Assembly (NCBI GenBank): GCA_965216755.1
Contig: CBDCGL010000011.1
Location: forward strand, 1,632,001-1,696,000
From: Alphaproteobacteria bacterium
Lineage (GTDB): Bacteria > Pseudomonadota > Alphaproteobacteria > UBA7887
Direction: 5' to 3'
DNA length: 64,000 bases
Shown here: positions 9,851 through 19,227 of the stretch, in pieces
How the letters are laid out: the number at the start of each line of letters is the position of its first letter
Position numbering within the stretch: position 1 is the first letter of the stretch
Program-made: the position numbers and the translations under genes
Notes under the pieces: model-generated
What the model was told of the DNA's origin: nothing
The model's database searches: none
Seen by the model: the letters and a program-made list of their open reading frames with translations, nothing else

Positions 9851-10666
9851 ATGACGGTGCGACGGGTCTTAATCACTGGGGCCGCTGGCGCTATTGGATC
9901 GGTGCTACGCCAAGGACTTGCCGGGCATTATGAATTATTACGCTTGTCAGACAAGAAAACTCTGTCGGCAGCAGGTCCAGGGGAAGAGCTCAATCAGGCG
10001 GATATCAGCGATTTCAATGCAATTTACGAGGCCATGAGTGGCGTGGAGGCAGTCGTCCACCTTGGGGCAATCGCGACCGAAGACTCATTTGAGTCGCTGA
10101 TTTCCCCGAACTTCCTTGCAGTCTACAACATATACGAGGCGGCCTATCGCCGCGGCGTCGAGCGCGTCGTCTTTGCAAGCAGCAATCATGCGATCGGCTT
10201 GTACCCCGTCGGTAAGAGAATTGGCCCAGAGGTGATGCAAAAACCGGACAGCTTCTACGGCGTTGGCAAAGCATTCGGTGAGAATATGGGTATATTATAT
10301 CACACCAAATGGGGACTTGACGTCGCTTGCCTTCGGATCGGGAGTTTTCTCGAAGCGCCCAGCACACCGCGTCACTTAAGCACGTGGTTAAGTCATGGTG
10401 ACATGGTCCGGCTGGTGCGCGCCTGCCTTGATACGCCAACTTTGGGCTACGCCGTCGTTTACGGCATTTCGGCAAATACACGTGGATGGTGGGATAACCC
10501 TGAAGCCGACCGAATCGGATTTGTGCCGCAAGACAACGCTGAAGATTTCGCCCAGGACGTTCTAGCCAACGCACCGCCACCCGATCCCGACAATCCAGCT
10601 GATCGCTTGCAGGGCGGTCCTATCGCCGCGATCGATTTTGGCCGGCGTCCACGGGCTGACACTTAG
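9851..10666 (+). CDS. NAD(P)-dependent oxidoreductase, uronate dehydrogenase (Udh)-like
   Basis: TGAAGAIG, FASSNHAIG, PDSFYGVGK (YxxxK), CLRIGSF, STWLS, GISANTRGWWDN. Confidence 0.85.
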   Translation: MTVRRVLITGAAGAIGSVLRQGLAGHYELLRLSDKKTLSAAGPGEELNQADISDFNAIYEAMSGVEAVVHLGAIATEDSFESLISPNFLAVYNIYEAAYRRGVERVVFASSNHAIGLYPVGKRIGPEVMQKPDSFYGVGKAFGENMGILYHTKWGLDVACLRIGSFLEAPSTPRHLSTWLSHGDMVRLVRACLDTPTLGYAVVYGISANTRGWWDNPEADRIGFVPQDNAEDFAQDVLANAPPPDPDNPADRLQGGPIAAIDFGRRPRADT

Positions 10667-10797
10667 CAATTAGCCTTTTCAACAGGCGTGCAAGTCGACG
10701 CGAAGTCACCCGGACTATTTCGAAAGCATTTCATGACAGCCGCCCTTGGTCGGGCTACAGTCTTGTTCTGGCATGATGGTAATGGCCATTGCGTCGC

Positions 10798-11388
10798 ATG
10801 GTGACACTGGCCGCCTTTGGCGAGAGACTGGAACCGGTGCGTGAAGATCATCTATGTGGCCTGATCGAGGCGATCGCACAGCGGCACGATAAGAGTGCGT
10901 TTGCGCGCCTGTTCACATTTTACGGGCCCAAGCTCAAGGCCTACATCATGACCGGCGGCATGGACTCGGAAACTGCCGAGGAAGTTGCGCAGGAAACGAT
11001 GCTGGCCGTGTGGCGCCGTGCGGCAACGTTTGACCGCAGCATTGCGCCGGCATCGGCATGGGTCTTCGCAATCGCCCGCAACAAACAGATAGATCGCGTA
11101 CGGCGCGACAAACGCCCCGATTTTAGCGCTGAACTGGCCTATTTTCGGTCAACTGCCCCACCAACGCCCGATGAGCAGATCATTCAGCAACGCCGCGCGG
11201 AATCGCTTCGCGACCTCATATTGGAACTGCCCGAAGAACAGCTGGATATTCTAAAAAAGGCCTTCTTCGAAGGGAAATCTCACAGCGCGATTTCGGCCGA
11301 GCTGAAATTACCCTTGGGAACTGTGAAGAGTCGGGTGCGGCTCGCGCTCGCGCGCCTTCGTGTCCAGGCGACGGAGGCGGCCCTGTGA
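10798..11388 (+). CDS. rpoE: ECF sigma factor (RpoE type, partner of ChrR)
   Basis: AEEVAQETMLAVWRRA..FD, WVFAIARNKQID, LPLGTVKSRVRLAL; overlaps chrR by GTGA. Start codon uncertain. Confidence 0.9.
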   Translation: MVTLAAFGERLEPVREDHLCGLIEAIAQRHDKSAFARLFTFYGPKLKAYIMTGGMDSETAEEVAQETMLAVWRRAATFDRSIAPASAWVFAIARNKQIDRVRRDKRPDFSAELAYFRSTAPPTPDEQIIQQRRAESLRDLILELPEEQLDILKKAFFEGKSHSAISAELKLPLGTVKSRVRLALARLRVQATEAAL

Positions 11389-12014
11389 CCAAGCATCACC
11401 CGCCCCTCGATCTTGTCTTCGACCATGCCGCCGGGAATCTTCCAGAGGGCCCAGGCCTGATTGTAGCCGCCCATCTCACACTTTGTGGGTCATGTGCTGC
11501 CTTGACGCGGCATCTCGAATTAGTGGGTGGCGCGCTGCTCACGCAAATCGACCCTGTGGCAATCTCGGAACACAACATGGCTGCAACCATTCACCGCGCG
11601 AAATCGGCCGACATCTGTGCTCCGTGTGCGCCAACGCCGCCCGACTCGCACACTCGGTCGTTGCTGCCGGCGCCGCTTTGGGACTATGTGGGCCAATCCG
11701 TAGCCGCATTGCCATGGCGCGGCCTGACCAAAGACCGAGAGGAAATTGAGTTGACAGTCTCCGATGGCGATTGTCGTGTCAGCTTGCTCAGATTGGCGCC
11801 CGGCTATGCGGCACCATTGCACACACATGGTGGCTTGGAACTGACCCTGGTCTTAGATGGTGGCTTCACCGACCGAAACATGTTCTTTGGTCGTGGCGAT
11901 TTGAGCGTAGCCGATGGCGCCGTGACTCACGCACCGGTCGCCGACACAAACGGCTGTCTTTGCTTTATGGCTCATGAAGGGCCGCTCAAGCTCGCAGGAA
12001 CCGATAACAGCTGA
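11385..12014 (+). CDS. chrR: ChrR-family zinc anti-sigma factor
   Basis: HHP...HLTLCGSC ZAS motif plus cupin HTHGGLELTLVLDG...HAP...CLC. Confidence 0.92.
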   Translation: MTKHHPPLDLVFDHAAGNLPEGPGLIVAAHLTLCGSCAALTRHLELVGGALLTQIDPVAISEHNMAATIHRAKSADICAPCAPTPPDSHTRSLLPAPLWDYVGQSVAALPWRGLTKDREEIELTVSDGDCRVSLLRLAPGYAAPLHTHGGLELTLVLDGGFTDRNMFFGRGDLSVADGAVTHAPVADTNGCLCFMAHEGPLKLAGTDNS

Positions 12015-12025
12015 AGCGTGACCGA

Positions 12026-12967
12026 TCAGTCCGCGGACACGATCTTTGAACGAGCTGCCCACTCCATCGCCCGGACCATGGCACTGAGCGTATCGTTCAC
12101 CGGTGCCGTCATGTTTACTTTCGCGGCGGCGGCCGGGATAGCGCCGTTAATAACATCGATTTCAGTTGGACGCCCAGCCAAATAGTCGAGCAACATCGAA
12201 GGCCGCGCATTTGGAATTTTCTCTCCAAACGCGCGTACATATTGTGGCGCATCGTCAAACTCGAGCTTGATCCCCATGGCACGAGCGACACGAAACGCCT
12301 CGCTCGCGCAGTGAGCGGATATATGCACCGCATGTTCGTTCGCCAGGACTTCGCCAACCCGCCATCCGGTGACCGTACAAAGCGCACTGTACCCGACATT
12401 GCAGATGAGCTTTTCCCAGATCATCTGGTGAATGTCGTCGAAAGTTCGAACTCGAAATCCAGCGCTTCGCCACGCCGCGGCGACGGCTTCCAATCGTGGA
12501 GTCACGGTGCCATTGCGCTCCCCTAGCCGCACCAACTCCCAGCCATTGTGGTGCGCGTGTCCAGGACCGATCATAGATGCACCAAAGCCGCCGACAACAC
12601 CGATCGCAACCCGGTCCTCGCCAAGAATGGCCGCCACCTTGTCCGCGCTCCCCAGCCCGTTCTGAATGGTCAAGACGACGGTCTTTTCATCGACCATAGG
12701 CAGGGCGCTGCGTGCGGCTTCTTGGACATGCATGGCCTTGGTCGCAATAACCACCAAATCGCACACGCCAACGTCACCGGCATCACAGGTCGCATTGAGT
12801 GACACGGTGCGGTCACCGCTCGCGCCCTCAAGCCGTAAGCCGTGCGCATTGATCGCGTCGACATGGTCACGCCAGGGGTCGACCGCCCAAACCTCGTTGT
12901 CGGAGTCCCCGAGCAAACCGGCGTAGACAGATCCCATGGCGCCAACACCGACTATGGCAATTTTCAT
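12026..12967 (-). CDS. panE: 2-dehydropantoate 2-reductase (ketopantoate reductase family)
   Basis: GVGAMG, IQNGLG, WEKLICN, SMLLD, TEIDVINGAI. Confidence 0.9.
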   Translation of the reverse strand: MKIAIVGVGAMGSVYAGLLGDSDNEVWAVDPWRDHVDAINAHGLRLEGASGDRTVSLNATCDAGDVGVCDLVVIATKAMHVQEAARSALPMVDEKTVVLTIQNGLGSADKVAAILGEDRVAIGVVGGFGASMIGPGHAHHNGWELVRLGERNGTVTPRLEAVAAAWRSAGFRVRTFDDIHQMIWEKLICNVGYSALCTVTGWRVGEVLANEHAVHISAHCASEAFRVARAMGIKLEFDDAPQYVRAFGEKIPNARPSMLLDYLAGRPTEIDVINGAIPAAAAKVNMTAPVNDTLSAMVRAMEWAARSKIVSAD

Positions 12968-13323
12968 CGATCTTCCGTTCGTTCATCGATCATGCACAGA
13001 TGGCGACCGTCAGAAGCCAGAAGACGGTGCAGGCCGGCTAGACCGCTTCTAGCGCGAAAACGAGGTTTGAGCCACTGTCTTGGGTGTCGAGGGGCTGAAA
13101 ATCCGTCAAGAATCACGAGCGAACGTCGTCTAACGTGATCGTTTGGCCCATATTGACGACTGGTTCAACGCCCCCAACGATGAGTCGGATAAGGCAGTTG
13201 TCTGCTTTGTGCAACAAATCAATCTCGCAAATCGATTGCGGTTGCACTTGGGGATGATTGGTCCTACCAGGCCCTCGACACGGATTGGATGAGGCGGATA
13301 GGATTTTGGAAATTGATCTCCAA

Positions 13324-14058
13324 ATGTCAGTGTCGATTGCCGGCGCCGCGGCGTTCGTTGCCGCGGGGTTGGTCAAAGGTGTGTTGGGGATTGGGCTGCC
13401 CCTGGTGGCGGTACCACTGCTGGCGACGATGTTCGAGGCATCAACAGCGGTGGCGCTGATGATTGTACCGGTATTGGCATCAAACACGCTTCTGCTTGTC
13501 CGTCACGGTCGCGTGGCCTCGACAGTGCGCCGTTACTGGACTTTGCTCGTACCACTGATCGCATTCACGCTTCTTGGTGGTCAGTTTCTGGCGGCCTTCG
13601 ACGCCAAAACCGGTGCAATCGTCTTGGCCGCCGTTGTTCTGTTGTTCTGTGCGACACGCGCGACCACCATGAATTTCGCCGTGCCGCCGCGATCCGAGCG
13701 TTGGTTGAATCCGGTGATGGGCACAGTCGCCGGCGTGCTTGGCGGCGTCAGCAATTTTTTTGGCCCGCCTTTGATTCTTTACTTGTCGGCTTTGCGCCTC
13801 GATAAGGACGAATTCGTCGGCACAATCGCACTGTTCTTTATGATCGGAGGTCTGCCGCTGTACGCCAGCCTGACTTTTCATGGTGTGCTCTCGCCAAACA
13901 TCGGCGGGCTTTCTTGTTTGGCCGCCGTTCCAGTTATGGTCGGCGTTTACGCTGGTCAAAGACTGCGCGACCGTGTTTCACAAAGTCATTTCGAGCGCCT
14001 TATGCTGATTGTGCTGGTGTTCACAGCCCTCAATCTGTTGCGCCGCGGCATGTCCTGA
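13324..14058 (+). CDS. Sulfite exporter TauE/SafE family protein
   Basis: AGLVKGVLGIGLPL and GGVSNFFGPP repeats in a multi-pass membrane protein. Confidence 0.87.
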   Translation: MSVSIAGAAAFVAAGLVKGVLGIGLPLVAVPLLATMFEASTAVALMIVPVLASNTLLLVRHGRVASTVRRYWTLLVPLIAFTLLGGQFLAAFDAKTGAIVLAAVVLLFCATRATTMNFAVPPRSERWLNPVMGTVAGVLGGVSNFFGPPLILYLSALRLDKDEFVGTIALFFMIGGLPLYASLTFHGVLSPNIGGLSCLAAVPVMVGVYAGQRLRDRVSQSHFERLMLIVLVFTALNLLRRGMS

Positions 14059-14073
14059 ATTCGGTCTGACCGA

Positions 14074-14847
14074 TCAATCGCGCAACCCCGCGACGCGCTG
14101 TTTCGCCATCGCCATCATGAATGATAAATCACTGCCCGCCAGAACGAAGGGCATTCCCATCGCGGTGTAGCGGGTCATCAGTGTCGGTTCGTAGACGCCG
14201 CCCAGACCAGCGAATTTGTTGTTGGCTTTGCACGCGGCGATAATCCGTTCATATGCGCCAGCAATCTGCGGACTATCGATTTGTCCCGGGATGCCCATTT
14301 CCAAACAGAGGTCATTGGTACCCACTAGCAAGATATCAATGCCCGGCACCGCAGCGATCGACTCAACGTTCTCGACTGCGGTTGGAGTCTCGATCATGAC
14401 AATCAAAAGGGTCGCCCTGTCGATGGCCGCCGTCGCCTCGGCCGCCGGCAGAGATTGGAAATCGATCTGCGGCAATGCGCCCGTGATCGAACGATGGCCA
14501 ACCGGCGGATAACGACAATTGTCGACCACCTTTGCGGCCTGTTCTGCCGTGTCGACGTGCGGAACGACGATACCCATTGCGCCACCGTCTAGGACGCGGG
14601 TGGCGTGATAGTGTTGCATGCCCGGGACACGCACAATTGGTGTGACGCCGGCATCCTGAGCGGCGACTGATATACGGCTGGCCCAATCGACCGACATGGT
14701 GCTGTGCTCCATGTCAATGAACAACCAATCGAACCCGCAACTTTTTGCAACTTTTCCGATGTCCACGTCGCGCGATTGGCGCAACCCCATGCCTATTGCC
14801 AATTCACCGGAATCTAGCCTTTCGCGGACACGGTTTCTGATTTGCAT
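14074..14847 (-). CDS. HpcH/HpaI aldolase family protein
   Basis: GFDWLFIDMEH, LDGGAMGIVVPHV, YPPVGHRS, MIET, GTNDL. Confidence 0.92.
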   Translation of the reverse strand: MQIRNRVRERLDSGELAIGMGLRQSRDVDIGKVAKSCGFDWLFIDMEHSTMSVDWASRISVAAQDAGVTPIVRVPGMQHYHATRVLDGGAMGIVVPHVDTAEQAAKVVDNCRYPPVGHRSITGALPQIDFQSLPAAEATAAIDRATLLIVMIETPTAVENVESIAAVPGIDILLVGTNDLCLEMGIPGQIDSPQIAGAYERIIAACKANNKFAGLGGVYEPTLMTRYTAMGMPFVLAGSDLSFMMAMAKQRVAGLRD

Positions 14848-15162
14848 GATTATTTTCCCTCCCTTTTTCGCGCGCTTCGCCACCAGTTTGTGCGGCGATT
14901 CGCCCATGAATGTGGCTCGATGATACTGCCGTCTTTGCCGCAAATGTCACAATGACCCTAGTTTTTTTCGCGACCTAGGCATTTTCGTTTCGGAGCTGTA
15001 ATTATCCCGTGGGTGAATATGTGTATTCTAACCAGGTCGCCGATACATCATTTGGAACATAGATATAAACATGGGCGCCTACACCGAGTCGTCTTGGGCA
15101 ACACAACGCGGCAACAAATTCGCGCGTCGACCGAAGTCCGCGACGGCGTGCGTCAAGCAATC

Positions 15163-15900
15163 ATGAAAAACCTCCTACTCATCTTGTTTGTCGTGTTCGC
15201 GCTGGCGATTGGCGCCAGCCTTGGGTTTGCGTCGACCAATTCACTTGCCCGGATCGTCGAACAAGATTGGTTTAGGGAGGGCCTAAAACTTTGGCCGGTC
15301 CTGGTCGCAGGCGTCATGGTGCTGTTTGGCGGCTTGCTTGGTCTTTATGGAGCTCATTACGGATCAGCGCGAAATTTGGAGAACATCACCGATCTGTTTC
15401 GGAATCAATGGCAAGCGCAGAGTGATCACGAAGCCAGAGTTCGAGATCAAGAAGCGCGCACCTTGGCGATGGCCCTCGTCGCCGAACTTCGCAACCTACA
15501 AAGCCGATTGTCTGGTTACGCGATCGGCATTGAAGCATGGAATGAAGCCGATTTTGTGCCAACTGCCGCGCAGCTGCGCGCGGCGATCAACACGGAAACA
15601 CCAATATTTACCGCCAACGCACACCGAATCGGGCTATTGGGTCCGGAAGCGGCATCATCTGTTGTTGGTTTTTACGGTTTGGTTCAACTGTTGCAGGAAT
15701 CCATCACCGTCGACGCGGCGGCGCTCGGCAACACACCGATTCGGCGACGAACCCTGTTGGATTACGAAAGCCGAATGGAAAAGGCAGCGCTGGACGCCGT
15801 TCAAGTGATCGGCCTGCTCACCGATTCCAATGCGTCGACCGATGCGCCAGGCGCGCTCAAACAACTTACGACGCACCCGAAGCTTGACCGCATAAGTTGA
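15163..15900 (+). CDS. Hypothetical membrane protein (two N-terminal TM helices plus helical domain), paralogue of 16093..16770
   Basis: Open frame with hydrophobic N-terminus; collinear motifs shared with the next ORF. Confidence 0.75.
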   Translation: MKNLLLILFVVFALAIGASLGFASTNSLARIVEQDWFREGLKLWPVLVAGVMVLFGGLLGLYGAHYGSARNLENITDLFRNQWQAQSDHEARVRDQEARTLAMALVAELRNLQSRLSGYAIGIEAWNEADFVPTAAQLRAAINTETPIFTANAHRIGLLGPEAASSVVGFYGLVQLLQESITVDAAALGNTPIRRRTLLDYESRMEKAALDAVQVIGLLTDSNASTDAPGALKQLTTHPKLDRIS

Positions 15901-16092
15901 TCGTCGACAGCCCTGTTCGACATTTGTGCCGGCATGTTGCGGGAGATGGTTCCATGAGTATTCATGTGACAATCTCAGTCAAGAATGAGCAGTCAATTAT
16001 CAGATCTGTGTTGTCATCATTGTCAACGTGACGTTTTTCGACGATTATGACTGCGTTCGTTCCCCGGCAATTGTTTCTGAGTAAGCATAAAC

Positions 16093-16770
16093 ATGCGCGA
16101 CCCCCGTGAAGATAGTAGTTTTTCTATTTTTCTCATATTTATTATTGTTTTGCTGGTCGGCTTGGGTCTTGGAATTGCTGGCTCTCGCTTCCTCAACGAC
16201 CCGGAATTTCGTGCGCTCTTGGCGCCCTGGCAAACCCTGATCACGGGCGGGCTTGCCGTTGTTGCGGCATTCATCGCGTTGGCCGCCGCTACGAGTGCCA
16301 CAACAGCAACAAGCGTGGCGGCGCATGCTCGGCGCGATGCCGATGCCGAAGACGCACGGGACGCCGTCGCCCTGGCCTTGCGTGCTGAAATCCTTGTCTT
16401 ACTCGACGGACTGGACCGGCGCCGCGAACTGTTGTTCTCTCTTGAGATCGCGGACGATAGTCGGCCGACCTTTGCTGCACCTTTGACACCCCTTCCGGAC
16501 ACAGTCGTATTCGACGGCAATGTTGGCAATCTCAGGCTTCTTGATGCCGCCGATTCGGAACATGTCGTGCGTTTCTATGCGCGATTTCGCGCATTTTCGC
16601 ACGAGTTCGGCACCACCGCCGGCCGTTCGCCGGGCAGAATGGCGCAGCTTGGCCGGACCGCGTGGCTTACGGCCATCGACGATTTGACTGAAATGGGCAA
16701 GATCTTGTCGGATCGCTTGTTGGAGATCGCTGATCGCCGTCGTCCCGGACGAGAGGCGAGCGATCCCTAG
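16093..16770 (+). CDS. Hypothetical membrane protein, paralogue of 15163..15900
   Basis: Two hydrophobic segments; ALALRAEI and TVVFDGNVGNLRLL...VVRFY match the upstream ORF. Confidence 0.75.
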   Translation: MRDPREDSSFSIFLIFIIVLLVGLGLGIAGSRFLNDPEFRALLAPWQTLITGGLAVVAAFIALAAATSATTATSVAAHARRDADAEDARDAVALALRAEILVLLDGLDRRRELLFSLEIADDSRPTFAAPLTPLPDTVVFDGNVGNLRLLDAADSEHVVRFYARFRAFSHEFGTTAGRSPGRMAQLGRTAWLTAIDDLTEMGKILSDRLLEIADRRRPGREASDP

Positions 16771-16936
16771 AGCCCTTTCGGACAATATGGAGCCGTTCTG
16801 CCGGAGCGATCTTGCGCCGAAATCAAGCCGGATGCGCGCCAGGTAGATTTGCCTTAGAAAAGTGCCATGATGTTATTCACGATCAGGGAACAGCGGCGAT
16901 AATCGGACACCAGGCGTCGCGCACACCAATTTCTCC

Positions 16937-17671
16937 ATGACCAAGCCAGAGACGCCCCTGCGGCGTTGGCGCAAGCGCCGTGGGCTCACCCAAAGCCAGT
17001 TGGCCGACCGCGTCGGTACGCGCCAACAACAGATCGCCAAGTTGGAAAACGCCCAGCGCCGCTTGAGCGACGACTGGCTCGGTCGTCTGGCGCAGGCTCT
17101 GGATATCGCGCCGTCGGATTTGTTACCGGGTTCGATTCCGAGCATTCCCGTACGTTATCTCGTCAGCAGCGCGTTCGCCGAATCGCGACCGGATCAGTTT
17201 GTCGTTCGCGACGACAATGACCGTGTCCATCCGCCGCGCGGGCTTGACGAGCCGGAGAATTGTGCGGCGGCCCGCATCCTGGATGACAGCGCGGACATTT
17301 TGTACGCGCCTGGATCGGAAGTAATTTACCGACCGATTGTTCAAATTGCAGTACCTCTGGAGATCGGAACCGAAATTTTGGTCCGCCACTATGCCGCGAC
17401 CCGTCGCACTGCGATGCCGATGGAAGTCTTGGTTGGCTACCTTGACGCAAATTTCGCGGGCGACCTTGTTTTGGTCACGCGCAGCAGCAACCGCCAGGTC
17501 CCGGCAAGTATTGTCATCCAACCATTTCGGGGGACAGCCGGTTTGACGGATCGAAGCGGCGAGTGGCGTGCCGCCCAACTGGGGTCGCGACCAACCATTA
17601 CCTATACGGCAAATGCCGACGACCCGGGTGATATCGTTGGCGTGATCGTTGCCGCCATGGTGGTCAAGTGA
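16937..17671 (+). CDS. XRE/HTH_3 transcriptional regulator with a degenerate S24-like C-terminal domain (CI-like)
   Basis: LRRWRKRRGLTQSQLADRVGTRQQQIAKLEN HTH; AARILDDSADILYAPG resembles the S24 Ser motif; IVGVIV C-terminal strand. Confidence 0.85.
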   Translation: MTKPETPLRRWRKRRGLTQSQLADRVGTRQQQIAKLENAQRRLSDDWLGRLAQALDIAPSDLLPGSIPSIPVRYLVSSAFAESRPDQFVVRDDNDRVHPPRGLDEPENCAAARILDDSADILYAPGSEVIYRPIVQIAVPLEIGTEILVRHYAATRRTAMPMEVLVGYLDANFAGDLVLVTRSSNRQVPASIVIQPFRGTAGLTDRSGEWRAAQLGSRPTITYTANADDPGDIVGVIVAAMVVK

Positions 17672-17813
17672 GACCGACGCCCACCCCAACGATCCAGAAC
17701 CACCCGCACCACAGTTTGGGTCGCAACTTTCGATTAATTACCCCATTTTGGGGTTGATCGAACCTGATTTTTGGCGTATTCGTTCCTTAGCCTGACATTC
17801 AAAGTGGCCGATC

Positions 17814-18110
17814 ATGCCAGCATGCGATCCACCACGAGTACGCCCCACAATTATTGGCCAGCCTTCGAGCCAATCCAGCCAACGCAAGATCGATATGTGC
17901 GTGGAAACGCTGTTTGGCTATGTACTGTCGGAACTACGGCCAACCTATGGCGATGCCCCGACTTTGGCGGCGTTACAAGCAGTATTTGTCAGCTTGGCAA
18001 AGGAAAGCGGCTTCCTTGAGGCAGCCATTCAAGCGACAAAAGATCAACTCAATCTAATGGAGAATCATTCGGAGCTCATAAATACCCGTGTTCTTGGCGG
18101 CCGACAGTAG
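17814..18110 (+). CDS. Small hypothetical protein (start could be 17895)
   Basis: Best ORF in the gap; helical, protein-like composition in the distal two thirds; no family recognised. Confidence 0.45.
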   Translation: MPACDPPRVRPTIIGQPSSQSSQRKIDMCVETLFGYVLSELRPTYGDAPTLAALQAVFVSLAKESGFLEAAIQATKDQLNLMENHSELINTRVLGGRQ

Positions 18111-18340
18111 CGCTGCGCCTGTTCCACGAACGGTCGCGTGCCGCGGGGACTCAGCCGATTTTCGGGTTGAAAATTAGCTCCGAAATGAAATAGCAGCCCG
18201 CCCACAGCACGGATCTGTTGCTCCAGCGTACCACCTCGGTCATGCTCACTGACAAGCGACCTGACGATGAGGTCAGCCAATCCAACGGCAATGAAGGGGT
18301 TTTGCGGCGGGATTTTGTGCCGTGATGTTTGGAACGAGCG

Positions 18341-19096
18341 ATGACCATCCACGATCCCATTCACGCGCTTCGGTCCATGATCAAGGGTCATCGGACGATC
18401 GCCGTCTTCACCGGCGCAGGCATCAGTACAGAATCAGGTATTCCGGATTTTCGTAGCCCTGGAGGCATCTGGACGAAGTTCAAGCCAATCGACTTTCGCG
18501 AATTCATTGGGTCCGAAGCGGCGCGACGGGAATATTGGCAACGAAAGTTTGGATCGGACCCGGTTATAGCGGATGCCCGACCCAATCGTGGGCATCGTGC
18601 CGTCGCACATTTGATTGGCCAAGGCCGCGCGACGGCGGTCATCACCCAAAATGTCGACGGACTACACCAGGCCGCCGGGGTGCCCGAGAACAAGGTCATC
18701 GAGTTGCATGGCAATACCACCTACGCGAAGTGCCTTTCATGTGCGGCGCACTACGCGCTAGACATATTGCGGGAGCGTTTCAATGTGTCCGGGAACCCGC
18801 CGACGTGCGATGATTGCGGTGGTCTGATCAAACCGGCAACGATTTCGTTTGGACAACCCATGCCCGAGGCCGAAATGCGATTGGCGGAACGGCAGACCCT
18901 GGCGTGCGATTTGTTTCTGGTATTGGGTTCGTCATTGTCGGTTCAGCCCGCGGCTGGATTTCCGGTACTCGCCAAACGAAACGGCGCCACGCTCGCGATC
19001 GTTAATCGTGATGCGACTCCCCTCGATGGTGTCGCAGACCTTGCGCTGCACAGCGAAATCGGCGACACGCTGGGGGCCGCGGTTGGTATCGCCTAA
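18341..19096 (+). CDS. cobB: NAD-dependent protein deacylase, Sir2/CobB family
   Basis: TGAGISTESGIPDFRS, ITQNVDGLH, ELHG, CxxC...CxxC, GSSL.VQPAA, IVN. Confidence 0.92.
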   Translation: MTIHDPIHALRSMIKGHRTIAVFTGAGISTESGIPDFRSPGGIWTKFKPIDFREFIGSEAARREYWQRKFGSDPVIADARPNRGHRAVAHLIGQGRATAVITQNVDGLHQAAGVPENKVIELHGNTTYAKCLSCAAHYALDILRERFNVSGNPPTCDDCGGLIKPATISFGQPMPEAEMRLAERQTLACDLFLVLGSSLSVQPAAGFPVLAKRNGATLAIVNRDATPLDGVADLALHSEIGDTLGAAVGIA

Positions 19097-19178
19097 CCAT
19101 CGGATATTTTCCTCAAATTCGAAATTTATTTGCCCTGCCTTGGTGGGGCGCGACGATAGCCGGTTATTTGATAGTTCC

Positions 19179-19193
19179 GTGACGGGCGTCACA
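19179..19193. promoter_or_regulatory. CRP/FNR-superfamily-like palindrome
   Basis: GTGACG-GG-CGTCAC(A) is a perfect 6-2-6 palindrome fitting GTGA-N6-TCAC, 35 bp upstream of a small ORF. Confidence 0.45.
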
Positions 19194-19227
19194 ATCGTGC
19201 GCCACGACAAGACACTAGATTGACAGC

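Noticed and set aside
14944-15973. Shared ATGT(C/G)ACAAT motif upstream of both paralogous membrane genes
   Set aside because: Only 10 bp with one mismatch and at different distances from the starts (about 210 and 120 bp); it could be chance.
17755-17778. Possible RpoE (ChrR-type) promoter TGATCG...GCGTA
   Set aside because: The spacer is 13 nt against about 15 in the consensus as I recall it, and the -35 element has a mismatch.
15000-18200. Intact prophage
   Set aside because: No integrase, att-like repeats, replication genes or structural genes were seen.
18341-19096. Sir2 protein as an anti-phage NADase (ThsA/DSR/Sir2-HerA type)
   Set aside because: It is a compact zinc-binding CobB-type deacylase with no extra domains or known defence partners.
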